A program made the position numbers and the translations under genes. Below, piece after piece: positions 12,405-25,107 of a DNA stretch of 62,625 nt (position 1 is its first letter; each line of letters starts with the position of its first letter). The notes under the pieces are model-generated. The model was not told where the DNA came from, did not search any database, and saw nothing but the letters and a program-made list of their open reading frames with translations. Origin of the DNA: Rhynchobatus australiae. Its lineage: Eukaryota. The stretch spans positions 62,001 to 124,625 of the forward strand of contig JAUZTB010008443.1 in the NCBI GenBank assembly GCA_034780895.1, in the 5' to 3' direction.

Positions 12405-13254
12405 GTAAACGTTCCATTTCTTGAGCTACGTATTTAAGTTTTAAATTTTTACAAAGTGCCATTGTTTTTTCATTTTTTTCGATTTTTAAAACTCAGTCCT
12501 GAATTTTCAAAGGCAGCTCGAGCTTTAAATTTAAAGCGGCTAAACGCTTAGAAAAAAAAGCGTTATCTTTATCTTTTTGTAATTTTTTTTTGAGGCTGGG
12601 GCTAATTTTATCACTTTCTAGATTTTCATAAATTGCTTCCAAACTCTGAAATTGATTTAATAATTTTTTAGCGCCTACTTTGCCAATGCCACTTACGCCT
12701 GGTAAATTATCGCTACTGTCGCCAGCTAAAGCTTTATAATCAGTTAGTTGCAAAGGTTGAAAGCCTTGGCTGGCATAAAAATTATCTATAGTGATATATT
12801 TATCAAAGTTCGTATCCATTAAAATTGATGTATCTTCATTTACTAGTTGTAATAAATCTTGGTCTTTAGAAAAAATAAAAATGTTTTCAAAATGTTTTTG
12901 ATACTGATGCGCGGCCGAAGCGATAATATCATCAGCTTCGTGTCCTTTCATGCCAAATTGGCAAATTTGAAAAGCATCAAGTAAAGCCTTAATATTTTGC
13001 ATATCAATAAAGAGCTCTTCTGGAGTCGGTTTACGATGAGCTTTATAGTCTGGGTAAAGTTGGTGTCTTCACGTTTTTCCTTTTAAATCAAAAGCAACTA
13101 GTAAATGGCTCGGTTTTAAATTTTTAATTAACTTAATGATGCTCAGAAAAAAAAGATGTGGCGTGGAAAGTTGCTTATGCGCCGCGAGCGCCGCATAATA
13201 AGAACGAAAAAGTAAATAAGTGCCATCAATTAAGAGTAATTTTTTTTTAATCAT
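12385..13254 (-). CDS. Stand-alone 5'-3' exonuclease/flap endonuclease (PolA N-terminal type)
   Basis: LLLIDG, AFD, YPDYKAHR, HEADDII, KDQDLLQL, LAGDSSDNLPGVSGIG (H3TH); no polymerase domain. Confidence 0.92.
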
Positions 13255-16192
13255 AAGATACGCCGATAATTTCTAGAATTTTAAATACGTTTTGGTTTTT
13301 TTTAGAATTAACTTTTTCAATTAAAACGCGGTATTGTTTTTTTTCTTCAAGCTCTTCATAAAGGTATTCATTATTAGTATTGATTCACATTATTCCTTCA
13401 CTTTCATTATCACTAAATTCGATCAAGCGTAAATCAGATCGCTGTGGTAAAACTTTTTTTCTTTTAATCTTAATTTTTAGTTCTGCTTGTTGTGCAACTT
13501 TTAGTTGCGCAAGCTTAGCTTGCGTTTTTTGTGGCTCAAAATTATAAATGTTTCCTAAATAATATTTTTCCCAACGCATTGCCTCTTCATAATTAAAAGC
13601 AATTTCTTCGTAAATAATTTTGGGAATTTCCACGGCTTCAGGGTTTTTGGCTTTTTTTAGTGCCGCAAAATACGATTTATATTGTAAAAGAAGATCATTA
13701 AGATTGTACAAAAGTGAGCTGGTATTTCCAAAATTACGAAAAACGCTCGCTTTGACTAAAGTAATTAAAGTGGCATCGCTTAAACCTGCTTGGCGCAGCC
13801 GCAAAATAGCTTCAGCAAAATCACTAAAAGGACCGTGCTTTTGATAAGCCTCTAAAAGTTTTTGATAAGAAACTTGACCAAAACTATTGATCATTAAAAA
13901 CGGTAAATAAATAGTGTCTTGATTTTTTTGATCTTGATCTGGATGATTAATTTCTGGACTTTCAATTTTTAAGTTTAATTTTTTAGCTTCTTGCGCTAAA
14001 TGATAAATTTTGTTTTTATCTTGGGTTGCAGAATTAATTAGAGTTTTATAAAAAATAAAAGGATAATGAGCTTTATAATATGCTGTTTTGTAAACGATAA
14101 AGGCGTAAGCAACGGCGTGGCTTTTGTTGAAACCATAAGCCGCAAAACTAGCGATATTAGCATAAATTGATTTAATCGTCGCTGCTTTATAACCTTTTTC
14201 TTTTGCCCCTTCAAAGAAGCGAATTTTTAATTTCTGTAAAGGTTTATGATCTTTTTTACTAATGGCTCGTCTTAAAGTGTCGGCTTCGGCTAAACTTAAG
14301 CCAGCAACTTTTTGCACGATTTCCATAATTTGCTCTTGATAAATTAAAATGCCGTGGGTATTTTTAACAATTTCATTGTATTCAGCAGAAACATCTTTAA
14401 TTAGATGTGGCTTAGTTTTATTCACTAAATACTCATTTATGTGATCTTTAGGTCCGGGACGATACAAAGAGATAAGATCGTAAATGTCTTTAAATTCACT
14501 AACTTTAGCGCTAGCAAAATAATTTGTCATGTTTGTAGATTCAATTTGAAAAATGCCTAAAGTTAACTTTTGGTTAAATAAATTAATCATTTGGGCATCA
14601 TTTTTTAAATTTTCTGGATCTAAATTAGTATCAAAATTGTTATCTTGCTCTAAAATTTGTGTTTCAATTTTTTGAATAATTGTCAGATTAATAAGTCCTA
14701 ATAAATCGAGTTTGATAAAACCTAAAGCTTCTAAATAAGTTTTATCAAACTGAATTTGTAAAGTTTTATTGTTTAAAAAAATGGGAAGATATTTACTTAA
14801 AGGTGCGCTTGCGATAATTAATCCAGCTGCATGGGTACCGATTTGGCGCGGTAAATTTTCCAGCCCTCTAGCTAAACGAAGTAAATTTTCAATTTTAGCT
14901 CAATCTTGATGATAACGTAATTTTTGTAAACTTTGATTATTAGTCATTTTCAAATTTTGCGCAATTGTAAAATTAGCTAGTAAAGCTTTACTAACTTGAT
15001 CGACTAAACTATCATCAACTTTATTAAGATCATTAGTTGTTTTTAAATAACGAGCTACATCGCGCGTAGCGCTGCGCGCACCTAATTGTGAGTAAGTACT
15101 AATCGTTGCTACTTTTTCATAACCATAAAAATTACGAAGATAATTAATGATCTCTTCACGGCGATCGTCTTGAATATCAATATCAATATCGGGTAAAGTT
15201 TGGCGCTCAGGGTTTAAAAAACGTTCAAAGTAAAGTCCGTATTTGAGCGGGTTAATTTTGGTAATTTTTAGTAAATAAGCGACTAAAGAGCCAGCTGCAC
15301 TACCTCTTCCAGGACCTATTAAAATCTTCGCTTTTTTAGCGTAATTAACGATTTCATAAAAAATTAAAAAATATTCAGCAAAGCCAAAATCGGCAATTAC
15401 TTTTAGTTCAAATTCTAATCTTTGCATAGCTTTTTGTCAATCACTAAATTCAGTTTGTGCTTGATTTAAAGCTTGTAGTGTTAACTTTTTTAAAACTTGA
15501 TTCGCTTCTGAGCTTTTTTCCAAGGCACTAGGAAAAAGTTTTAGAGGTTTTTTAAAACTAAAAGCACAATCTTTAAGAAGTTCAAAAATGCGCTCTTTCA
15601 TCTTTTCATCGACTTCATAAGAAGCTTCTAAAGGCTCACCTAAATAGTCATAATTATCATTATTTTTACCATTAAAATTCAAAATTTTTAAAATTTGACT
15701 GTCTTCTTGCTTTAAGATTTTGATTTCTTTAATAAAAAGAGAACGGGGATTATTAATATCATTATCGCTTAAATAATAGTTTTTAATGCCCGCCATTTCA
15801 AAATCAAAAACGCTATTTTGAAAACGCTTACGCGGATGATTAATAATTAAAAGTTCGTTTTCAAAAGCGGCTAGTCTTTTTAAAGCGATCTTTTGTTTTT
15901 CTAAAACTTCAAAAGAGAGCTTTACTAGCGCTTCATAACCTTGATAATTTTTGGCAATGAGCACGACTCTTTTAGCTTTTTCTAAATCTAGCTCAAGACC
16001 AATAATAGCTTTTATGCCTAATTTTTTAGCTTCCATTACAAAAGTTGCTAAACCGTGTAAAGCGTTACGATCGGTCAAAACTAAATATTCTTTTTGGTGT
16101 TTTTGTGCTCATTCAAAAAGTTCTTTAAGTTTAATTGTTGAGTCTAAAAATGAATATTCACTATTAGTATGTAAATGGATAAGATCTTGCAT
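13247..16192 (-). CDS. dnaE: DNA polymerase III alpha subunit (DnaE)
   Basis: HLHTNSEYSFLDS PHP domain, GPGRGSAAGSLVAY, PDIDID, THAAG, IFQIES, LYRPGP, YGFNKSHA; 981 aa in one frame. Confidence 0.96.
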
Positions 16193-16267
16193 AAAAAAAT
16201 TATAAAGCTAAATGCAATAATCTTTTCATCAATTATCTTTTTTCAAGTTTATCAATATTTTGTCTTT

Positions 16268-17398
16268 TTAGTATCAAACTAGTTCTGCTTGAGCAACAAT
16301 TTCATCTTCAAATTTAGTGATTTCATCAAGTTCTTTTTCAAGTTTTTGGGCTACTTTTATGGAAGGCTTAATGACTGGGTTTTCCGGGGCAAAAAGTTCA
16401 CAACTTTCCGAAGCTTTAATAATACAAATTTGGTGGGTATGATACTTTGTTGCTAAGTTTAAAATGTCATTTTTATTAAAGGTCGTTAATGGTCTTAAAA
16501 CTAACATTTTGGTAACCGCGGCAATGGTTTCTAAAGACTCCAAAGTTTGTGAGGAAACTTGTGAAAGATTTTCGCCAGTACTTAAAGCTTGAAAGCCAAA
16601 TTTTTGTGCTAGTCTTTGCGCAATGCGATAAAAACTGCGACGCATTAAAACGACTTTATAACTTTGATTAGAAACTAAAGAAAGATAATTCATTAAATCG
16701 CTATAGTTAATTAAAATCATGGAAGCATGACCTTGGACCTTTTTAAAAACGCTTTGTAAAGCGATCAGTTTATCGATTGTAGTTTGATCGGTATGTGGAG
16801 GCGTAATAAAGGCGATATTACTAATGTGCGCGCCGCGCTTCATTAACTCAATAGCAGCGACAGGGCTATCAAAACCGCCAGAAAGTAAATTAAGAATTTT
16901 GCCCGCTGTATTAGCGGGAATGCCATTCATGCCTTGGTAAGTATCTTTCATTAAAAAGACTAAGTCCTTACGCACTTCGATGATTAAATTAATTTCTGGA
17001 TTTTTAAGATCGATTGCGGTTTTGTAAACTTTTTGAATTTGTGATCCGATTTTAATGTTTAAGGTTTGTGAGTTAAGAGCAAAACTTTTATCATTACGAC
17101 GCGCTGAGATGCGAAATGTTTTAGTTTCATTATTAAAAAAGCTAAGCGCTGCTTTTTCAATATTATCATAAGTTTTAGGCGTTTCTAAATAAGGCGAAAA
17201 TGAACTAATACCAGGGATAAATTTTAGTTTTTCTAAATAAGCTTCTTGGTATTGAATAAACATGCGATCATAAGCACGCGCCACTTTAGTTTGCAAAATG
17301 GTTTCAATATTTTTTTTTAATTTATTAGTAAAAAAAATACGGTTTTTACCTTTCAAAACGAGTTCGCCATAACGAATTAAAATTCCTTGATATTGCAT
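16268..17398 (-). CDS. thiI: tRNA 4-thiouridine synthase ThiI
   Basis: LIRYGELVLKGKNR, THUMP domain, LLSGGFDSPVA PP-loop, TGENLSQVSSQT. Confidence 0.95.
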
Positions 17399-19086
17399 TA
17401 GTTTTCTCTCCTTTTGTAATAGTTAATAATTTTTTGGCACGCTTTTGCGTAGTTCTTTTCGCTAAATAATTGCTTAGCTTCTTTTAAAATTACGAAAGCG
17501 TTTTTTGACTCTTTAATAATATCAACACTAAGTTTTGACTCAAGCAATTTATACGTATTAATTAGTTCAATTTGTGGTCATACTAATAAGAAAAAACGGT
17601 TTACTAAATTGTCTAATTCTAAAGATTTTTTAATTTCTGATTCTTGTAATCATTGCTTTTGATGATGAGGCTCTCAATTTAATTTTAAAATTGCTGCTTT
17701 CAATTTTGTTTCTTTTTCATTTAGTACGTAATCATACCTGATTAATCCCGAAATGATTGATTCAAAAAAGTTATAACTATTAAAAAAACGTAATTTTGCA
17801 GAATGCCTTTTTTCTACTAAAGCAAAAGCTTCGTTTTCAATGTTTTTTAATTTATTAATAAGTTTATAAATTAGGGAAATAAAAGGGCTAATGAGATGAA
17901 AATTTTTGAGTAAAAAATCTTTATCATAAGTAATTAAAGATTTACTAAAAGGAGTGCTTTTTTGTGATGAATAAGAGTGCTCATCAAGGATCTTTAAATG
18001 CAGCAGTTTTTTTTCAAAATGACTTTTGATTTCTAAAAGTTTTTGTTGCAATTTTTCTTTTTCTTCTTTACGTAAAAGTTGCGCTTGATCATGAATGTCA
18101 AATTGGCCGCCAAGATGAAAAATGAAGTTATTAAAATTGTAAATTTCTGCTTTAATAATTGGCATTTTAGTGACTAAAAAATTGTTACGAATTTCTTGGT
18201 TAAAAGCGTTTGATAAAGACAAAGTGTAGCAATGAAAAAAATTGTCAATGCATGAGTTAATATAAGTTAAATCGGGCTTTTTTTTGTTTAAATTTTTGAG
18301 TGCTTCTTGATGATAAAAATTCATTTGTTGAAAATTAATTTTAATTTCGCTAATAGCAAAATGTTTTTGCTCAAGTTCGTTAATAACATTATTAATTTTA
18401 TCGATATACTCTTGCGCTACCTTAGTTAAAAAAACGTCTAAAAAAGCAATTTGTTTTAAATTAATCGCTAAGTTGTTTAATAATTCACGTAAGTTTTGAC
18501 TTTCAAAACCGAATTGCTTCATTTTGCGAAATCCATTTTCTAGCTTTGTGTTAATTGCTGTATTAATGTTTTCAATTTCTTTTGCAAGTCTTTTATGAGT
18601 GCTTAAAAAATATTTTTGATTGTTTTTAAATCAATATTTAATGTGATCATAACTGTCATAAATTTCGTTTTTAATCTCGTTTGTAAATTCTCTTTTTTGC
18701 GCAATTTCAGCATACACTTGGTTTCAAATTTTGGCTTTTTGCAAAAGTTTTTTTTTGCGTTTTTTGAATTTTAAAAGCCTTTTGATAAATTTAATGTCTC
18801 AGAAAAAAATGTGCTGATTGTAAATCTGGCCATAATCATAAACGTATTTAATAAACTCATCATACAAATAGTTTAAGTTTTCTTTTAGACTCTCAGTAAT
18901 ATTCATTTCTAAGCCTTTTTCGGAAAAGCCATAAATAATATCGTAATGATAATTAGCGTTTTTAACAAAAGCACGAACGTAAACTAAATCTTTTTTAATT
19001 AAAAATTTTAAAAACACTAAAAGAGGAAAGTAAAGCAAGTTGATAACTAAAAAAAGAAGTGCTACTACGGTTGCTCAAATATTCAC
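17398..19086 (-). CDS. N-terminally membrane-anchored helical protein, 562 aa, candidate EzrA homologue
   Basis: GTG start with SD AAGGTGG; TM segment IWATVVALLFLVINLLYFPLLVFL then long helical sequence; TAATG-coupled to thiI; divergent from rpsD. Confidence 0.6.
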
Positions 19087-19205
19087 TTTACCACCTTTAA
19101 AATGCAGTGCTAATTTAAATAATAATTCTTAAAAAAGAATTTTGTAGAATTAATTAATATATACTAAAATTATATAAGCAATCAGCACTTAAAAAGAATA
19201 TTAAA

Positions 19206-19274
19206 ATTTTTGACTTCAGAATTTGATTTATGAGTACGTAGCGGCTGACTATGAAAAGTATTTAAGTCAAAAAA
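19206..19274 (+). promoter_or_regulatory. Putative S4 (rpsD) leader RNA structure
   Basis: TTTTTGACTT...AAGTCAAAAA closing stem around the GC-richer core ACGTAGCGGCTG, about 80 nt upstream of rpsD. Confidence 0.5.
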
Positions 19275-19351
19275 TTAATAAAAACTTTTAAGACTTTTTG
19301 CTTATTCAAAATTATTATTAATATTTATCAAAAATATTTATCGGAGAAAAA

Positions 19352-19951
19352 ATGTCTCGAGAACGTGGTTCGGTTTTTAAAAAATCCCGTCGTTACGGTT
19401 TTTCCATTTTAGGAACTGGCAAAGAATTTAGTAAGGGCAAAAAACGTAATTATGGCCCAGGTCAACACGGCCAAAGACGTCGCAAATTAAGTGATTATGG
19501 TAAGCATTTGTACGAAAAGCAAAAAGTGCGCTTTTTTTACGGTATTAGTGAAAAGCAATTTAAAAGAAGCTTTGAAAAAGCGGCCAAGCGTCCTGGCATA
19601 ACCGGAACTAATTTTTTACAATATTTAGAACAAAGACTGGACAATTTAGTTTATCGCGCTGGCTGAGCAGAAACGCGCCGCCAAGCGCGCCAGTTTGTCA
19701 ATCATGGTCACATTTTAGTTAATGGTAAAAAAGCAACTATTCCTTCACAACAAATTGCTGTTGGTTCCGCCCTTTCTTTAAAAGCTTCGCTGCAAGACAA
19801 TTTGCAAATTAAACAAGCTTTAGAGAGAATGACTACTGCAGGCTGAATGGACACCAAAGACAACCAAAGCATTTTTGCAAGATTACCCGAACGTAAAGAG
19901 TTTATGAAAGAAGTTGATGAGTCTTTAATTGTTGAGTATTACTCAAAATAA
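19352..19951 (+). CDS. rpsD: 30S ribosomal protein S4
   Basis: [53 protein letters not shown]; SD GGAG. Confidence 0.98.
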
Positions 19952-19969
19952 ACTTTTTTTCAAGAGTAT

Positions 19970-19999
19970 AAAACCACGAACTTTGTTTGTGGTTTTTTT
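19970..19999. terminator. Terminator between convergent rpsD and gyrB
   Basis: AAAACCACGAAC TTT GTTTGTGGTTTT hairpin with A/T tails. Confidence 0.8.
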
Positions 20000-20027
20000 A
20001 AGCTTTATCAAAAAACAATTAAGTTTT

Positions 20028-21965
20028 TTAAGTGTCAATATTTTTAACATACCGCGCGTTTTCTTCAATAAATTCTTTACGCGGAGCTACTTCGCTACCC
20101 ATTAAAGTGGAAAAAACGTTGTGAGCCGTAGCCACATCTTCAATTTGCACTTGTAACATATTGCGTGTTTCTGGGTTCATTGTTGTTTCTCAGAGTTGAT
20201 CTGGATTCATCTCGCCTAGCCCTTTGTATCTTTGTAAAGAATATTTGGTGTTTTCTTTTAAAGTCTTTAAAAAATTGTCTTTTTCTTGATCGGAATAAAC
20301 GTATTGAATGTTTTTTCCGTACTGAATTTTGTAAAGTGGTGGCTGGGCAATATAAACAAAGCCATAATAAAATAAAGGACTAAAGTGTTTAAAAAGAAAA
20401 GTTAAAAGTAAAGTTTTAATGTGGGCACCATCAACATCAGCATCAGTCATAATAATGATTTTGTGATAACGTAATTTTTTAATATCAAACTCTTCTCTAA
20501 TACCAGTTCCTAGAGCTTGAATAATGGTGCCAATTTCTTCGTTTTGTAAAACTTTTTGTAAAGGGTTTTTTTCTGAGTTAATGACTTTACCACGCAGTGG
20601 TAAAATCGCTTGTGTTTCGCGATTACGTCCCATTTTGGCGCTACCACCAGCTGAGTTTCCTTCGACAATATAAAGCTCTGAAAGCTCAGGATTTTTAGTC
20701 GTACAATCGGCTAATTTTCCAGGTAAAGATGAAGAGCTAAAAAGGCTTTTTTTGCGTTCGATATTTCCCGCTTCAAGCGCTTTTAAACGGGCGTTTTTAG
20801 CAGTGATAACGTTTTTAATAATTAATTCTGCTTGCCCAGGATGTTCATCTAAAAAGCGTATTAAATTTTCACTTAAAACATTATTAACGGCTTGTCTTGC
20901 GTCTTTATTACCTAATTTACTTTTGGTTTGTCCTTCAAAAATAGGATTAGTATGCTTAATTGCAATAATTGCTGTAAGTCCTTCGCGAACATCATCACGG
21001 TTAAATTTATCTTCTGCGCGGTTTTTAATAAAGCCTTTTTCTGTTGCGTATTTATTAATTATTCTTAAGAGTGAATCATTAAAACCAAACTCATGAGTGC
21101 CGCCTTCATGAGTATTAATAGAATTAGCATAAGATCAGATGCTATTACTTGAATTAAACATCGTGTATTGCATTGCTACTTCAACTGAAATTTCGTGCTC
21201 GTTTTCTTTAGAACTAGTAACTCCGGAAGCAAAAATAATGTCTTCGTGTAAAGCTTTTTTGGAACGGTTTAACTCTTTAACATAATCAACTAAACCACCA
21301 CTAAAGTGGAAGCTTTCTTTTTTATTGATGCGATTATCGACTAAGTTTAAAGTTAAGGTACTATTTAAATAAGCTCATTGTTTGAGACGATCGCGAATGT
21401 CGCCATAATTAAAAGAATTTTTGTCCATGATTGTATAATCGGGTTGAAAAGAAATAGTAGTACCACTTTTTTTTCCTTCATAAGTACCAATCACTCTAAG
21501 TGCTTCTTTACGCTTACCACCATTTTCAAATTCAATAAAATAAATTTTATTATTTCGATAAACAGTAGCTTTGAGATGCTTACTCAGAGCATTAACAACC
21601 GAAGCACCAACTCCGTGTAAACCCCCTGAAACTTTATAAGCCTGACTGTCAAATTTACCACCAGCATGTAATTTGGTTAAAACTGTTTCCACAGCCGAAA
21701 CTTCAGTTTCAGGGTGTAAATCAACAGGAATACCACGTCCATTATCACTAATTGTAGCTCAGTTATCTTCATCTAAAACAACATCAACCTGAGTGGCATA
21801 TCCAGCCACACCTTCATCAATGGCATTATCGACAATTTCTCAGATCATATGGTGTAAACCACGTGAGTTTGTTGTCCCAATGTACATTCCTGGAGTTTGG
21901 CGAACAGGATCAAGACCTTTTAAATAGACAATGTTAGATGAATTATATTCATTCGTTTGTGACAT
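20028..21965 (-). CDS. gyrB: DNA gyrase subunit B
   Basis: [67 protein letters not shown]-terminal NIDT. Confidence 0.95.
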
Positions 21966-22226
21966 AATTTTCCTCTTTTTTTTGGCCTTTATAAGCCATT
22001 CCAGTTTTTTGATTGATGCTCATAAATTTTATAAAGTTTGCAACTTTATTTTGTTTAAATTATAAATCAAAGGTCATAAAAATTCTTAATATAGCTTGCT
22101 TAGTTTTATTAATAAAACTTTTATTAATTTTTTCTCAGTTTCGATAAATTTTATGATGACTTTTAGGAACTGAGAAGTTCTTAAAGAACTTAACTTTTGT
22201 TGTCCTGAAAATGCTAAAATTCTTGC

Positions 22227-22970
22227 ATGGTGAAAGAAAAAATGAAGTTTGGTTACACTAATGAATCTTACAAAGAAGACGGTAAATTCGTGCAATATAA
22301 GCGTTTTAACCCTTTTAATCACAAAATTGATTATCAAGTCCTTAATGTTTTTGATTATGTTCCTAACTTACTTTTTAATAGTCACGAAAAAATTGTTTGG
22401 GAGTTCATTGAAGGCCAAATTCCTTTAATGAATGAAGCTAATTTACAAACGATAGCGCAATATTTAGCGCAGTTACACAATACTAAAATTAAATTTCCTA
22501 ATTTTAATTTGCGTCATCGTTTGCAATATTATCGCAAAGTAATTCATGATAAAAATTTAAAAATTGACACTTTGGATAAGTACTATCGCAAAATTAATAA
22601 AATTTTAAAAATGATGGATAAAAACACACCGATTCATTGTGATCTTTTTGGTTTTAATTTTATTTTGGATAAAAATGAAAAAATTTGAATCGTTGATTGA
22701 GAATACGCCACTATGGGTGATAAACATTTCGATTTAGCTTATTTTGTTGAAGGCAATAAACTTAATGAAGAGCAAGAAAACGTCTTTTTAGAAGCTTATG
22801 GTGATTATGATTATGTAAAATTTTTAAACCAAAAAATTTTAGTTAATTATTATGTCATTTGTTGGGTAAATTCCCAAAAGGAAAAATATTTTGATGATTT
22901 CATTTACAGACAAAGGGTAGCTGAATTAGAAAAAATTTTGCATCAGTATAAACTAAAATGAAAATTGTAA
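22227..22970 (+). CDS. licA: Choline/ethanolamine kinase-family phosphotransferase (LicA-like)
   Basis: GYTN N-lobe, WEFIEG, Brenner motif IHCDL..FN, IVDWEYATMGDKHFDLA. Confidence 0.8.
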
Positions 22971-22976
22971 AGTTTT

Positions 22977-25028
22977 TTAAAAAAGATATTTTCTTAAAGC
23001 ATCACGCGTTGCCTTTAATAAACAATTGACAATACTGAGTTTTTCATAATCTTTAAGATTGTTTAAAAAACTTAAATAAAGTTGGTGTAAATAGTGTGGA
23101 TTGTTTAAAGAGACAAAAAAACGAATTAAGTTTCTTTCGAGTGTTATTTTGGTATTTTTGTGTAAACTAGCTAGCTTAATGAGGGCGTAAATTTCTTTAC
23201 TAATAAGACCAATTAGAACATCACGATGCGGTGAGTGAAAAGAAGCTTCGAAAAACGTTTTCATTAACTTTTTATGAATTTGTTGATTACGTTCAACTAG
23301 TTTAATAAACATTTGGCGAATGTTGCCAGCGTCTAAATAATCATTAGGAAACGCAAAAATATCGGCACTAACTTTTTCTAAATAGTCATTAATTTCGTTT
23401 TTAGCAATTAACTCTTGGAGCAGTTCTAAAACTGCATGTTTTGTAATTGTGCTTTTACGTTTAAACAAAATGCGGTTTACAAAAAAGGCGTTAAGCTCTT
23501 TTTTCTTTAATAAAAGCGCTATTAATTTTAAAAGTTGTTGACCTAAAAAAAGTGGATATTTTTGCGTTAATAAAATTAAACTTTTTAATAAATCTAAGTA
23601 ATTATTTCTATCATAAAAGTGTTTTTCAGCAATTTTTAAAATTTTGTGTAGATCAAAAACAAAACCTAAAATTTTAGTGTCTTGATCGTCTTCTCTTTGA
23701 ATTTTAACAATCATTTTTTGTAAAAAATAACTATTTACAAAGTAACTATATAAATCTTCAAGTAACTGTCCTTTTTGATAATCCTTAAAGTCTTTAAAAA
23801 GAGTGTTTAGTTGAGAATCAAAAAAGGTATGATTTTCTAAGTATTGACTAACGATATTAAGAAAGCGTTTTTTTCAAGAAAAAAGCAAAAATGTCGTTTT
23901 TTGAAGGTAATTATGGTACTGAAAATAGTCTAAATAATAGTTGATGCGTTTTTCTTGATTGATAAGCCTTTGCGTATAATTTTGGTTCTTAATTCATCAA
24001 TTATAAAGTTCTTCTTTAGTGAAATTAATTAATTTTTGTGAAGAGCTATTTTTATTAGTTTCATCATTGTATCAGTTGTTTAAATTACGCTTTGAAATTT
24101 TATTGTTAAGGCTTTTTACTGGAGCTAAAATATTAGTCGTTTCGATCAGTAAATTAAAAGCTATTTTTTTATGTCCTAATGCACTTGGGTGAATATCAAA
24201 GATGTTTTTGGCAAAATGATGTCCTTGTCAAATTCATTCGTTTTTTTGGTAAATGTTTATAAATTTACCTAAGCCGTTTTTCACTACTGTATCTTTAATC
24301 AAATTGTTTAGTGAACTAATTAAAACATTACTTAAAGAGTAATCATTGGCAGCACTTTGGTTTTGAAATAAATTTAATAAATCCGGCAACTCTAAATATT
24401 CAAAATTATTAAAAAATTTTTTTGCTAACTGATCGATTGCCATGGAAAGACGCAAAAGGGGCAAAGGATAATCTAGATAATAAACTTTCGCTTTTTGATT
24501 TTCTTTTTTTAATAATTGCGAAAAAATAACTAAATTTTGAGCTATTTCTTGATACGTTTTTTTTATTAAAACTTTTAGTTTTGCAAAAAAATCACTATAC
24601 GATTTTTTCGAAGCTAAAAATATTTGCGGTAAAAATTCAAAAAAGGCTTCTAGATAATCATTGGCTCCTAATGAAACAGTAATGATATTAGCACTTTTTA
24701 GAGCAACTAAGAAATTTTGTAAATGGCTTTCAAATTGACTATTTCACTGACTTTTAAAAAAAGCGCTCTGCTTTGTTTTTAGTAATGCAATTCAATCACT
24801 AAGCTTTGATCCTGAAAGAGCAAAATTATCAAAAGTAGTTATAATTTGTTGATTAATTTCTTGCACAAAATGGACAAAAAAAGCAGGATAAGAAACGCCC
24901 GATAAATAATTAAGTTGGGGTACAGTTTCATCAAAATATTTGCCTTTTAAATCTTTTGCTAATTTAATATTAAAACCAGCCGCTAAAGAATCGCCGAGCG
25001 CTAAATAACGCAATTTAGTTTTCTCCAT
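22977..25028 (-). CDS. SGNH/GDSL-family lipase/esterase, 683 aa, no signal peptide
   Basis: YLALGDSLAAGF (block I), NFALSG (II), SLGAND (III), FDIHPS (V); helical C-terminal extension. Confidence 0.85.
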
Positions 25029-25062
25029 TGTATCTTTTCATTAGTAATAAGTAGCAAAATTA

Positions 25063-25098
25063 TAAATAAAAAAGTGTTAATTAACACTTTTTTATTTA
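25063..25098. terminator. Perfect palindrome/terminator between the two lipase genes
   Basis: TAAATAAAAAAGTGTTAA|TTAACACTTTTTTATTTA. Confidence 0.75.
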
Positions 25099-25107
25099 TT
25101 TTAAAAC

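Noticed and set aside
19100-19195. CIRCE-like half sites (CAGTGCTAA, TCAGCACTT)
   Set aside because: Wrong order and spacing for TTAGCACTC-N9-GAGTGCTAA.
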